64,000 nucleotides of DNA from assembly GCA_003562775.1 (NCBI GenBank), contig PWTU01000356.1:29505-93504 (forward strand). The letters are read 5' to 3'. This document shows, one piece after another, positions 19,313-29,467 of the stretch. Source of the DNA: Ignavibacteriales bacterium. GTDB lineage: Bacteria > Bacteroidota > Ignavibacteria > T3Sed10-11. The notes beneath the pieces were generated by a model that saw only the letters and a program-made list of their open reading frames with translations, did not search any database and was not told the origin of the DNA. Within the stretch, counting starts at the first letter, position 1. Every line of letters begins with the position of its first letter. Made by a program: the position numbers and the translations under genes.

Positions 19313-19627
19313 TATTTTACTCTTTCATCAGACTTTTTAACCACATAATACGCAACTTGTGATCAATTTTACAACCGGAACGAGTAATTTAATGCATAGA
19401 GAACCAAAGGTATTACAATTTTTTTATCTGGTATCTATAAAATGTATCGGGAATTAACATCCGGACATATACTTATTCCTCTACTACATTCTACTCGTGT
19501 GGTAATCCACCACGTAATTTCTCCGGCATCTTTGAAACGTCCTCGTTTATCTTCGTCGTCTTTTTTCACCGGCTCCTACGTCAGTAATTTTCCCTTCCGC
19601 CTTAATGTAGCATAAACAACCGATTTT

Positions 19628-20515
19628 TTACTTCATCATCCAGTCATATACAGCTCGCGATATATCGGCGATCGCATTTATTCCGTCCTGAGCGCTGCTT
19701 AAATTCCTCGAAAGAACCACCAGCACATAGACGCGACCGTCGGGGAGAAACACAATACCCGCATCGTGCTGTACCCCGGTTATCGATCCGGTCTTATGAG
19801 CAACCTGTACATCGTCGGGTAATTTTGCCGGTATTTTGTTTCTGTATTCCTGTCGTGATAAAATCGAAATCATTTCCGCACAAGCTTCCGCCGAAACTAT
19901 ATTTCGACGTGCTATGTTTTCGTATATCAATAAAAGATCGTATGCAGTTGTGGTGTTGTTGAGTCCCTGTTCAAATGCCTTCATATCTTCGACGCCGCGA
20001 AGCACTTGTATATCCATTGCATCCAATTTTCTCATTGTTGCATTAACATTTTTAGCATCCACCAGATCGATAAGTATATTTGTTGCAAGATTCCCGCTCA
20101 CGGTAATCATATCATCGACAAGATTAATGATCGGGACCTGTTTCCCGAGAAACTCATATAATCGGTCACCGCCGTCCCGGTCGATATTCATTTGATAAGT
20201 ACTTCCATCGACAATACTTTTAAATTTATTTTTAACGACAATTGAATCCGACAGAGAAAAATTCCCCTCCTCTGCCTGCCGGAATACTTCTATCATTACC
20301 GGTGTTTTCATTGTGCTTGCAGCATGAAAAGATTCTTTTTCGTTGATGAAGAACGAATTTTCAGTATTCGATAAATCGCGAAATGCAACGGCAAATATCC
20401 CGTCGACCGATTCTATGATTTGAGTAACCTCTTGTTCAAGATCCTGAGGGCGTTGTACCACTCCGTCCCTTTCAATATTGCTGCCGATTATCATAAGAAT
20501 AATATATAAGTACAT
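19628..20515 (-). CDS. class A beta-lactamase-related serine hydrolase
   Basis: S-x-x-K motif in FHAASTMKTPVM and KTG motif in HKTGSITG. 295 aa. Confidence 0.8.
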   Translation of the reverse strand: MYLYIILMIIGSNIERDGVVQRPQDLEQEVTQIIESVDGIFAVAFRDLSNTENSFFINEKESFHAASTMKTPVMIEVFRQAEEGNFSLSDSIVVKNKFKSIVDGSTYQMNIDRDGGDRLYEFLGKQVPIINLVDDMITVSGNLATNILIDLVDAKNVNATMRKLDAMDIQVLRGVEDMKAFEQGLNNTTTAYDLLLIYENIARRNIVSAEACAEMISILSRQEYRNKIPAKLPDDVQVAHKTGSITGVQHDAGIVFLPDGRVYVLVVLSRNLSSAQDGINAIADISRAVYDWMMK

Positions 20516-20629
20516 TGTATAGATCGATTATTTTATTACTGGATTTATTTAATTTCATTGGAAAAATCAATATATATTTTTTATTATACTAAATCCACAT
20601 TTAATATACTTTTATTTAACGGTATTCTC

Positions 20630-22444
20630 ATGACACGCTTATATCATCGATCTCGCCAAATGCATCGAATTATTCTGCCATTCATTTTAATTGCTTTATT
20701 ATTCATTCACTGTGGACCTGCAATTGTAGAGCTATCCGAAACCAATCCTCCCGACTATGGAAAGCGCGCGATAGGCGCCAACGGCATGGTGGTTTCAGCT
20801 CATCCACTCGCAAGCGAAATAGGTCTCGAAGTCCTTCAGAACGGCGGGAATGCCGTTGATGCCGCAATAGCCGTAGCGTATGCTTTAAGCGTCGTTGAAC
20901 CGATGATGGGCGGACTGGGAGGCAGCGGTAGTATGTTGATCTGGCGTCAAAATGAATCACAAGCAGAGTACCTTGATTTTTATGCTCGCTCACCGATGAA
21001 TCCGGATACCAATGTTTTGCACTATACATATGATGATATGTCGCCGCTCGGCGCTGCAATTCCGGGAACGGTGGCAGGGCTTTCCGAAGCTCACGATCGA
21101 TACGGAAAACTACCGTACGAGCGTCTTATTAATCCGTCTATTGAATTAGCCGAGAACGGGTTCCCGGTTCACGGATTACTCGCGCGTATTGTCCAACGGG
21201 ATTCCACGAAGTTAAATCTTTACAAGCGGCCTGCCGAACTATTCTGGCCTGACGGCAGACCTATTCAAGCCGGTGAAATTCTCAAACAACCGGAACTTGC
21301 TGCGACATTACGTCTGATTACCGAATTTGGCAGCGACGGTTTCCATAGTGGAAGAGTAGCGGAAGAAATCATCGACGTTCTCAACAAACTCGGCAACCCT
21401 ATGACATTAGAAGATCTTGAACAATTTACACCAAAATGGAAGCGGCCTGTTTGCGGGGTGTATCGTGATCACGTTGTACTCTCTGCTCCGCCGCCGCAAT
21501 CGGGTTTTCAAATCGTTCAAACACTTAATCTTCTGGAATCATTCGATATCTCTGCAATGGAACCACCGATTCGATCGTATCAATCACTGCATCTGTTAGC
21601 GTCTGCATTGAGATTATCCACCTCAGATCGAATGCAATTTTTAGGCGACCCGGACTTCCATCCTGTACCTGTTGCACAGATCGTTTCAGGTGAGTACACA
21701 AAGAAACGCATACAGGAATTCGACCCGAACACCGTCGTCCAAACCCAGACGCCCGGAAATCCGGAATCAATCGACCATCCGACCATTCCTGAAAAATGCA
21801 GAAAATTTGACCCGTACCAAACAGTTATGAGCAACATTTTTCACCCGGCAGAAAAAAGCAAAGAAGGGAACTATTTAATAGTAGAGGAGAACGAAAGCCA
21901 AACGACGCATATTTCCGTGATAGATAACGACGGAAACGCCGTCTCCCTTACCTTTACCGTCGGGGTATACTTTGGAAGCGGCGTATGGGCTGCCGGGATA
22001 TTTTTAAACAGTTCACAACATATCTTCAGCGGCGATCCCGAAAGTCCGAATGTTCTCGGTCCGGGACGCACGCCGCGTTCGACAACGACGCCGACAATCA
22101 TACTTTCCGGCGATAAAGTCCGGCTCGTTGCCGGAGCCGCCGGAGGAAACCGAATACCCACATCGGTTATTCAAAATATAATTTATATTCTCGATTATTC
22201 GATGGATCCGATCGATGCCATACGCATGCCCAGGTTTTACCCCTTCGTATCGTCGCCGGAATTACATCTTGAACACGGATTTACCGGAGCTGTTTTTCAC
22301 TCATCACGTGTCAATGGATATGAACCGGAATCAAGAGATCCATTCGAACTTTATTTCGGCGGCGTCCATCTCATCGAACAAAAAAATAATACATATATCG
22401 GTGTTGCCGATCCGAGAAGAGACGGCGAAGCGCGAGGGTATTGA
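20630..22444 (+). CDS. ggt: gamma-glutamyltransferase (probable lipoprotein)
   Basis: GGT motifs include the autoprocessing site SQTTHISVIDNDGNAVSLT and GGNRIPT. I prefer ATG 20630 (MTRLYH..., hydrophobic segment ending FIHCG) over the TTG at 20558. Confidence 0.92.
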   Translation: MTRLYHRSRQMHRIILPFILIALLFIHCGPAIVELSETNPPDYGKRAIGANGMVVSAHPLASEIGLEVLQNGGNAVDAAIAVAYALSVVEPMMGGLGGSGSMLIWRQNESQAEYLDFYARSPMNPDTNVLHYTYDDMSPLGAAIPGTVAGLSEAHDRYGKLPYERLINPSIELAENGFPVHGLLARIVQRDSTKLNLYKRPAELFWPDGRPIQAGEILKQPELAATLRLITEFGSDGFHSGRVAEEIIDVLNKLGNPMTLEDLEQFTPKWKRPVCGVYRDHVVLSAPPPQSGFQIVQTLNLLESFDISAMEPPIRSYQSLHLLASALRLSTSDRMQFLGDPDFHPVPVAQIVSGEYTKKRIQEFDPNTVVQTQTPGNPESIDHPTIPEKCRKFDPYQTVMSNIFHPAEKSKEGNYLIVEENESQTTHISVIDNDGNAVSLTFTVGVYFGSGVWAAGIFLNSSQHIFSGDPESPNVLGPGRTPRSTTTPTIILSGDKVRLVAGAAGGNRIPTSVIQNIIYILDYSMDPIDAIRMPRFYPFVSSPELHLEHGFTGAVFHSSRVNGYEPESRDPFELYFGGVHLIEQKNNTYIGVADPRRDGEARGY

Positions 22445-22449
22445 TCATC

Positions 22450-24768
22450 CTATCTACTGATCTTATATCCCGGCGGCGGCTCTTTACCGAGTAAATGACT
22501 CACAAAATAATCCCACGTTATCCGGATATTATATGGTTCATTAAAATATCCGTGTCCTCTGTTCGGATACACCATAACATCGAAATCTTTATTATGCTTT
22601 ATAAGTTCATTGATTAACAGCAGCGTCATATTGGGATGGACATTTGAATCCATTGTGCCGTATGTAATCAACAACTTACCCTTTAAATTGTCTGCCAACA
22701 GATGGTTCGCCTGGTTTTCATACGTATCGGCGCCGTCAGGATTATGCTCGAGCAATCCCTGATATTTTTCACCCCAGTAATAAGTATAGCCGCGATTGTC
22801 ATGATTCCCCGCACTTGAAACGCCGACGTGGAAGAAGTCGGGAAAACGAAGCATCGCACCGGCAGTTGCAAAGCCGCCCCCGGAATGTCCGTATATTCCA
22901 ACACGATTGAGATCGATCCATGAATATCGCGCCGCAAGATGACGCATTGCAGCTATCTGATCCTCAAGTCCGTTATCACCCATATCGCCATACCAGTCGG
23001 TATGAAACGCCTTCGATCTCAACGGCGTCCCTGTCGCATCTATTTGAACGACAATAAATCCCAATTCAGCCATTGCGTGCGCCTGTCCGCGACCCGTAAC
23101 CGAAAAACTACGTGAACCGACGCTGCCTACCTGCGGACCGGGATAAATCGAATTAATTATGGGATATTTTTTTGCCGGGTCAAAATCCGATGGCCGGTAT
23201 ATGACCCCATACACATCACTGATGCCGTCGCACCCTTTTGCAGAAAACGGAATGGGAGGCGTCCAGCCGATTTCTTCGAGCGACGAAATATCCGCCTCTT
23301 CAAGCGTTAAAACTATTCGTCCGTCCTGTCTTCGAACAACACTCGCCGGAGGTGTATCGAATGTGGAATATGAATCGACAAAATATGTTCCTGAAGGTGA
23401 AACAGTAATTGCGTGATAGGCATCTTCAGCGGACAACAACGCAAGCCCGCTTCCGTCAAACCGGACTCTGTACAAATGCTCAAAATACGGATCGCGGCCT
23501 TCTTCTTTACCGACTGCCGTAAAATAAATCCACCGGTTTCTCTTGTCAATATGCACTATATCGACGACATTCCATGCTCCTGATGTAATGCGATTTTTCA
23601 TCCGGCCTGTATTCAAATCATATAAATACAAATGTCCCCACCCGTCGCTTCGTGTAAACCAGATAAACTCGTCCCGATCATGAAAAACCCTCCAATTGGG
23701 AATTCCGCGCGACGTTAAATTGGATTCAAAAAATGTATTTGCCCGTTCTTCATATACCGTCCGAACATCGCCGGTGTTGGGATCAGCGATGCGAAGTTTA
23801 ACTTCCTTATAGTCACGTGATGTGGAAACAAACGCAAGATGTCCGGAATCTTCACTCCACTCAACATCACCCCAGTTGCCTTCACGCGTCAATCCACAGC
23901 AGTTCGAGGTGCGCTGGTGATCGGGATCGACATCAAGTCTTACGACACGCGGCTCATCAACATGGATGACAACTCTTTCGTGCATCGGCACTACGGTATC
24001 GCCGGGCAAAGCATAAGGCCAGTAATGTAAAACCGGGCGTCCTTCCTTCATCTCAATCAGAGGCATTTTTTCGACGCCGCGTTCGTCCAGTTGATATGTT
24101 GCTATTTTACGGGAATCCGGCGACCATAACAATATCGGACGTTCACTTCGTGTCCAGCCCTGTGAATCGGTCGCATATCCGTAGTATTCTTCGCCATCGG
24201 TTGTAAGTTGTATATCGTCTCCCGATTCAAGATTTTGAACCCAGAGATTATTGTCATTTATATACGCTGCTAACTTGCCGTCAGGAGATGCTACAGAGTT
24301 CGGAACCTGTACCGGGCGATCATAAGGACCTGAGCAGGTGTAATTCTCGATGTTGCATCTCCATTCACTACCATCGAAGACAAACTTGATTGAACGACGG
24401 TTATCGAAATATTCAAATGATCGAAACGGAAGGTTATATGGTTCATACGTTTTGTCGGCAATTGTTGAAAGTGATGATGCAAGGCGTTCGTGGTCGAAAG
24501 CCCGGCTGCGCGTTCCCGCTCCCGGATCGACGTAAATGAATTCATATCCTTTTGCAAATCGATTCCGGTACCAAAAACGATTATCATCAACCCAATTAGG
24601 TGATACGTTTCCACCATATACTTTACCGGTCAGATTCCAGCTTAAGAACCGCTCGGCCTGCTGGTAATCGGCTGATGTTAGATACGGGGTGCCACCTTCA
24701 CTTGAATATACAGCGGTGAGAGCGAAAATTGTAAGAATCGTAGCAGAAACAAATAGTCGTAAATACAT
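22450..24768 (-). CDS. S9-family serine peptidase (DPP-IV-like beta-propeller plus prolyl-oligopeptidase catalytic domain)
   Basis: Signal peptide. The N-terminal DPPIV-like region has W.PDS.. repeats. Catalytic motifs are IYGHSGGGFAT, D (GTMDSNV) and H (NRGHGY). Confidence 0.9.
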   Translation of the reverse strand: MYLRLFVSATILTIFALTAVYSSEGGTPYLTSADYQQAERFLSWNLTGKVYGGNVSPNWVDDNRFWYRNRFAKGYEFIYVDPGAGTRSRAFDHERLASSLSTIADKTYEPYNLPFRSFEYFDNRRSIKFVFDGSEWRCNIENYTCSGPYDRPVQVPNSVASPDGKLAAYINDNNLWVQNLESGDDIQLTTDGEEYYGYATDSQGWTRSERPILLWSPDSRKIATYQLDERGVEKMPLIEMKEGRPVLHYWPYALPGDTVVPMHERVVIHVDEPRVVRLDVDPDHQRTSNCCGLTREGNWGDVEWSEDSGHLAFVSTSRDYKEVKLRIADPNTGDVRTVYEERANTFFESNLTSRGIPNWRVFHDRDEFIWFTRSDGWGHLYLYDLNTGRMKNRITSGAWNVVDIVHIDKRNRWIYFTAVGKEEGRDPYFEHLYRVRFDGSGLALLSAEDAYHAITVSPSGTYFVDSYSTFDTPPASVVRRQDGRIVLTLEEADISSLEEIGWTPPIPFSAKGCDGISDVYGVIYRPSDFDPAKKYPIINSIYPGPQVGSVGSRSFSVTGRGQAHAMAELGFIVVQIDATGTPLRSKAFHTDWYGDMGDNGLEDQIAAMRHLAARYSWIDLNRVGIYGHSGGGFATAGAMLRFPDFFHVGVSSAGNHDNRGYTYYWGEKYQGLLEHNPDGADTYENQANHLLADNLKGKLLITYGTMDSNVHPNMTLLLINELIKHNKDFDVMVYPNRGHGYFNEPYNIRITWDYFVSHLLGKEPPPGYKISR

Positions 24769-24777
24769 CTATACCTC

Positions 24778-25947
24778 CTATGGTTGTGATGGTAATGTTT
24801 GTTCCAAATATTTAAATCCGAGAGTACACAGTATATCGATTATCTTACAATTATTTCCGGTGACACAATAGCTGTCAAACTCCCGGCGCACAGGATATTC
24901 ATTGCGAATAGCATCGAAAAAACTCGCCCGGTTTGATTCAGGTTTATGTAAAATTTCCCTTAAAACGGCGTCGTCATTGAGTATCGGGTAAGCATGCAGT
25001 AATACATCTATAATTGCGGTGGATTTATCTATATTTTCATTCAGGGTAATAACCGGTTTTGCAGGGGACGGTAAATTCGCAGGTTTCCACTCCGGCATCA
25101 AGTCAAGAAATTTACACAGGTCATTATACACCATTACCGTCGCATTTACCTTGCCATCGATTGAATGACCTGCTATGTGCGGTGTGCCGATAACGACATG
25201 CTCGAGTAAACCTGTGTTGATGGCGGGCTCGTTCCTCCATACATCGAGGACAGCACCTTGTATCCGTTTGGTTTCAAGTCCCGCGAGCAATGCATCTTCA
25301 TCAACTACCGCTCCACGCGAAGTATTGATAAGAAATGCGCTCGGTTTCATTGCCCCGATAAAAGATGAATTAACCATTCCGATAGTCGGGTATTTACCTT
25401 CAGTGAGCGGCACGTGTAACGTCACGATATCTGTATTTTGTAATACCGTTTTGAGCGGAAGGTATTCTTGGCTTCCCGTGCGTTCTTTCAAAGGCGGATC
25501 GTTCAACAATACCCTCATACCGATTGCCCGGGCTTTTTCGGCTACACGGGCGCCGATTTTACCGACGCCGATTACGCCAAGTACCAATTCATCAAATCTG
25601 AGAACAAACCGTTTACATAACAATACAATTGCCGCTGCAACATATTCGGAAACTGCATTTGCATTACATCCCGCGGCTGAAAAAAAATGTATCCCCTTAT
25701 CTTCTAAATACCGGATATCGATATGATCGTATCCCGTGCTTGCCGTTGCAACATACCGCACGTTGCTTTTATCAAGGAGCAATTGACCGACAGGCGTCAC
25801 CGACCGTACAATAAGCACATCCGCATCGCGAATGGTAATTGCATTCATATCGCGTCCGGAGAGCGTGATGAGTTTTCCTAAATGTTGAAACGCGTCCCGA
25901 ACATACGGAATTCTTTCATCGGCGATAATGGTGGGATGAGAATTCAT
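24778..25947 (-). CDS. pdxB: 4-phosphoerythronate dehydrogenase
   Basis: The N-terminus IIADERIPYVRDAF...VRSVT...ATASTGYDHID closely parallels PdxB. NAD motif GVGKIGARVA. The C-terminal extension is typical of PdxB. Confidence 0.85.
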   Translation of the reverse strand: MNSHPTIIADERIPYVRDAFQHLGKLITLSGRDMNAITIRDADVLIVRSVTPVGQLLLDKSNVRYVATASTGYDHIDIRYLEDKGIHFFSAAGCNANAVSEYVAAAIVLLCKRFVLRFDELVLGVIGVGKIGARVAEKARAIGMRVLLNDPPLKERTGSQEYLPLKTVLQNTDIVTLHVPLTEGKYPTIGMVNSSFIGAMKPSAFLINTSRGAVVDEDALLAGLETKRIQGAVLDVWRNEPAINTGLLEHVVIGTPHIAGHSIDGKVNATVMVYNDLCKFLDLMPEWKPANLPSPAKPVITLNENIDKSTAIIDVLLHAYPILNDDAVLREILHKPESNRASFFDAIRNEYPVRREFDSYCVTGNNCKIIDILCTLGFKYLEQTLPSQP

Positions 25948-26099
25948 GGAGATAAAAAACTAAACTTTTCCTTTTAATAATCAACCGGTATTATACAATA
26001 TACATGTTTGCGTGATAAAAATGCAATTCGTATCTTACTACGTGTTTTAAGAACTCGTAATCATCGCTCAACTTTTTCACTATTAACCGCGAGGAATTA

Positions 26100-26885
26100 A
26101 TGGCAGATTATTCTACACTCTTGTATGATGTTAAAAATAATACCGCCTGGATCACCCTAAATCGCCCCGAGGTATTAAATGCATTTAACGATCAATTGAC
26201 ATCGGATCTGCACGATGCGCTTAAATCGGCTGAAAAAGACGATATGGTACGGTGTTTAGTGATAACCGGCGCCGGGCGCGGTTTCTGTTCCGGACAGGAT
26301 TTGAAGAGTCATACGGGCGAAGAACGCCGATCACTAAAAGAGTCTCTCAATCGACGGTATAATCCAATAATCAGACGAATGCGGAATATGAATAAACCGG
26401 TTATCGGAATGATTAATGGTGTTGCCGCAGGGGCGGGATGCAGTCTTGCTCTCGCCTGTGATATGAGAATTATGGCCGAGAGCGGCAGTTTGATAGAAGT
26501 ATTTATTCGCATCGGCCTTGTCCCGGATACCGGTTCGCATTGGTTTCTTGCGCGATATATCGGCCTTGCCAAAGCATTTGAGCTTGCTGCTCTCGGTGAT
26601 AAAATCGATGCCCGTCAGGCGCTTGAACTCGGCCTTGTAAACAAAGTTGTATCTGACGACACACTCAAACAGGAAACCGAAAATCTTGCAAACCGGCTTG
26701 CCGCATCCCCTACCAAAGCTATAGGATTGATAAAGCGGGCACTGAACAAAGCCGTTTACTCGGATCTCGAATCCATTCTCGAATACGAATCATACATCCA
26801 GGAGATTGCCTCTTTAACCGAAGATCACCAAGAAGGGGTAAAAGCATTTATCGAAAAACGTAAACCTGAATTTAAAGGGAAATAA
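26100..26885 (+). CDS. enoyl-CoA hydratase (crotonase family)
   Basis: GAGRGFCSGQDL and INGVAAGAGCSLALACD oxyanion-hole motifs. GAGGA Shine-Dalgarno site upstream. Confidence 0.92.
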   Translation: MADYSTLLYDVKNNTAWITLNRPEVLNAFNDQLTSDLHDALKSAEKDDMVRCLVITGAGRGFCSGQDLKSHTGEERRSLKESLNRRYNPIIRRMRNMNKPVIGMINGVAAGAGCSLALACDMRIMAESGSLIEVFIRIGLVPDTGSHWFLARYIGLAKAFELAALGDKIDARQALELGLVNKVVSDDTLKQETENLANRLAASPTKAIGLIKRALNKAVYSDLESILEYESYIQEIASLTEDHQEGVKAFIEKRKPEFKGK

Positions 26886-26887
26886 TT

Positions 26888-27751
26888 ATGGCAAATATAA
26901 TCGGTGTTGTCGGTGCAGGAACAATGGGCAACGGTATAGCCCAGGTAGCAGCTCTCGCCGGTTACAGCGTTATACTTTATGACATCGAACAATCTGCGCT
27001 TGAGCATGGTCAAAAAGAAATTGGAAAGAACCTTGAAAAGGGAGTTGCAAAAAAGAAGCTGACCGTAAAACAGTCTGAAGAGGCCGGTAAGAGGATCCAA
27101 ACAACGGTTGATTTTACTCTTTTAAAAAAATCTACAACCGTAATCGAAGCAGCGGTAGAAAGATTTGATATTAAAAAGGGAATATTTCAACGACTGGATG
27201 AAACGCTTCAACATGAATCGATCATAGCAACAAATACATCGTCTCTTTCGATCACCGCGCTCGGAGCCGTCACAAAACGGCCCGATCGAGTCGTTGGCAT
27301 GCATTTCTTCAATCCGGCGCATATTATGAAGCTGGTCGAGATAATCAAAGGGCAAGAAACTTCTCATACGACTGTCAGCAGAATAACCTCGCTGGCGAAA
27401 GAATTCGGCAAAACGCCGGTGCTTGCATCTGATACGCCGGGATTTATAGTTAATCGCGTTGCTCGCCCCTTCTACGGCGAAGCGCTGCGTCTTCTCGGTG
27501 AAGGAGTTTCCGACGCTGCTGAAATAGACCGCATCGTAAAAAAGTCCGGCGGTTTCAAAATGGGACCGTTCGAACTGATGGATCTTATCGGGATCGACGT
27601 CAACCTGTCGGTATCCAAATCCGTGTATGAGCAATATTTCCACGAATCACGTTACCGGCCGCATCCAATTCAACAGCAAATGGTCGATGCTAATCTGCTT
27701 GGAAGAAAAACAAAAAGAGGGTTTTATGGGTATGACAGCGAAGAAGCGTAG
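26888..27751 (+). CDS. 3-hydroxyacyl-CoA (3-hydroxybutyryl-CoA) dehydrogenase
   Basis: [37 protein letters not shown] and GRKTKRGFYGY motifs. Confidence 0.92.
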   Translation: MANIIGVVGAGTMGNGIAQVAALAGYSVILYDIEQSALEHGQKEIGKNLEKGVAKKKLTVKQSEEAGKRIQTTVDFTLLKKSTTVIEAAVERFDIKKGIFQRLDETLQHESIIATNTSSLSITALGAVTKRPDRVVGMHFFNPAHIMKLVEIIKGQETSHTTVSRITSLAKEFGKTPVLASDTPGFIVNRVARPFYGEALRLLGEGVSDAAEIDRIVKKSGGFKMGPFELMDLIGIDVNLSVSKSVYEQYFHESRYRPHPIQQQMVDANLLGRKTKRGFYGYDSEEA

Positions 27752-28517
27752 ATCACGATCTGCCGGAAAAATATTTCTCATTTGCGGCGATGAAAAACTA
27801 ATACAAGAATACGGCACATTACTTTCACAAACGGATGCGGATATATATATCTGGCACAAGCGAAAACCTGAACTGCCGAAACGGAAAAATCTCATACATA
27901 CACGTACGCTTTCCCGGGTTCCCAAAAAAATCATTTCAGCATTTGAGCTTTCCAATCTATCGAATGAACAAAAAATCAAAAACATATCCAGTATCGAAAA
28001 ACATTGTCCAAAGGAATCATTGATTATTTCTTCATCAATCACACAAACGGTAACTGTGCAAACTGCTCATATGCAACACCCTCATCGTATTATCGGACTT
28101 GGCGCATTTCCGACATTACTGCAGAACGAAATGGTCGAATTAAGCCGGGGTCCATTAACGCAAAACGAAGCATTAAAAGCCGCAGGTGATATATTCTTCG
28201 ATCTAAAGAAAGAAATTTCGCTTGTTGACGATCGTGTCGGTATGGTTATGCCGAGAATTCTCTGTTGCTTAATCAATGAAGCAACCTTCGCATTACAGGA
28301 AGAGGTCGCTTCGACGGAAGATATCGATACAGCGATGAAGCTTGGTACGAATTACCCGAGAGGGCCGGTAGAATGGGGTGAGAAAATCGGTTTTGAACAC
28401 GTCCTTGCAACGATGGACGCTCTTAATTTTGACACGGGAGAGGAACGGTACCGACCATCTCCATTATTGCGAAAACTTGCGGCAGGCGCTGATTTTGCGA
28501 GCCGGTTTTTGACTTAA
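27726..28517 (+). CDS. 3-hydroxyacyl-CoA dehydrogenase-like protein with a degenerate NAD-binding motif
   Basis: The C-terminal 3HCDH_C domain is intact (RILCCLINEATFALQEEVASTEDIDTAMKLGTNYPRGP). The N-terminus has IFLICGDEKL where GxGxxG is expected. Start ATG 27726 overlaps the upstream stop by 26 nt. Confidence 0.7.
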   Translation: MGMTAKKRRSRSAGKIFLICGDEKLIQEYGTLLSQTDADIYIWHKRKPELPKRKNLIHTRTLSRVPKKIISAFELSNLSNEQKIKNISSIEKHCPKESLIISSSITQTVTVQTAHMQHPHRIIGLGAFPTLLQNEMVELSRGPLTQNEALKAAGDIFFDLKKEISLVDDRVGMVMPRILCCLINEATFALQEEVASTEDIDTAMKLGTNYPRGPVEWGEKIGFEHVLATMDALNFDTGEERYRPSPLLRKLAAGADFASRFLT

Positions 28518-28633
28518 CCGATCGGCCGTTGCTTTTTAGAACATCTATTCGTACTATGTATTTTAATGAAAAATTGCATTGATTAGGTTTTCATTATTTT
28601 TAAAATATCTTTTTATGAAATATTGATACAATT

Positions 28634-29443
28634 ATGTCCGTTGCAAAAATAATGACAATTGCCGGCTCGGATTCAGGGGGAGGCGCAGGAATTCAGGCGG
28701 ATTTAAAAACTATTGCCGCCTTAGGTGGGTATGGAACATCCGTCATTACCGCTTTAACCGCTCAAAATACCCTATCGGTAACAAAAATACACGAAGTTCC
28801 ATTAGATATGATCAAGGCGCAGTATGAAACAATTATGGAGGACATCGGCGCTGACGCAATAAAGATAGGGATGCTGAGCAGCGCCGCGATCATAAAAACG
28901 GTGGCCAAGCTTCTGCAACACCAGTCTGCACCGAACGTCGTTATCGATCCGGTTATGGTTTCAAAAAGCGGCGCCCAATTATTACAGGAAGAGGCAATCG
29001 AAGCGCTTATCTCCGAACTTATGCCTCATTGTACATTATTAACTCCCAATATACCCGAGGTTGAAAAATTAGTTGGATTTACCGTTACCGCTGATGAAGA
29101 TATCCGGCGGGCTGCGATGTTGCTAAAAGACAAAGGCGTTTCGGCAAGTCTCATAAAAGGAGGGCATTTAAAACGCCCGAATATTATAAACACACTGTTC
29201 GACGGATCATCTTTTCATATGTATACAACAACCAGGTTAGATGATACCTATACGCACGGAACCGGATGTACATTATCTTCGGCTATTGCCACCTTTCTCG
29301 GAATGAATAAACCGATAAATGAAGCTGTTGAGTCGGGCATTCAGTTTGTATCCGAAGGGATAAAAGAAGGATATTTGGTCGGCAACGGAACAAATCCGCT
29401 CAATCATATGCATAAACTTTTACAATACCATCGGATGAGTTGA
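28634..29443 (+). CDS. thiD: hydroxymethylpyrimidine/phosphomethylpyrimidine kinase
   Basis: IAGSDSGGGAGIQADLKT, DPVMVSKSG, and the GTGCTLSSAIA anion-hole motif. Confidence 0.92.
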   Translation: MSVAKIMTIAGSDSGGGAGIQADLKTIAALGGYGTSVITALTAQNTLSVTKIHEVPLDMIKAQYETIMEDIGADAIKIGMLSSAAIIKTVAKLLQHQSAPNVVIDPVMVSKSGAQLLQEEAIEALISELMPHCTLLTPNIPEVEKLVGFTVTADEDIRRAAMLLKDKGVSASLIKGGHLKRPNIINTLFDGSSFHMYTTTRLDDTYTHGTGCTLSSAIATFLGMNKPINEAVESGIQFVSEGIKEGYLVGNGTNPLNHMHKLLQYHRMS

Positions 29444-29467
29444 TCCGTTCAATATTATCTTAATGAT

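Noticed and set aside
19313-19627. 315-bp gap examined for a small gene or structured RNA
   Set aside because: Only short ORFs are present: a 45-codon GTG ORF on the minus strand and a 57-codon ORF on the plus strand. They have no motifs or Shine-Dalgarno sites. There is one imperfect hairpin (CGTGTGG-taat-CCACCACG). I found no match to SRP, 6S, tmRNA or RNase P signatures I know, so evidence is insufficient.
20558-20629. TTG-initiated N-terminal extension of ggt (MEKSIYIFYYTKSTFNILLFNGIL)
   Set aside because: The extension is encoded in AT-rich promoter-like DNA shared with the divergent beta-lactamase-like gene. ATG 20630 gives a normal signal and lipobox N-terminus.
28518-28633. TPP riboswitch upstream of thiD
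   Set aside because: The 116-nt AT-rich spacer lacks the conserved CUGAGA and ACCUGA elements and any obvious P1-P5 pairing.
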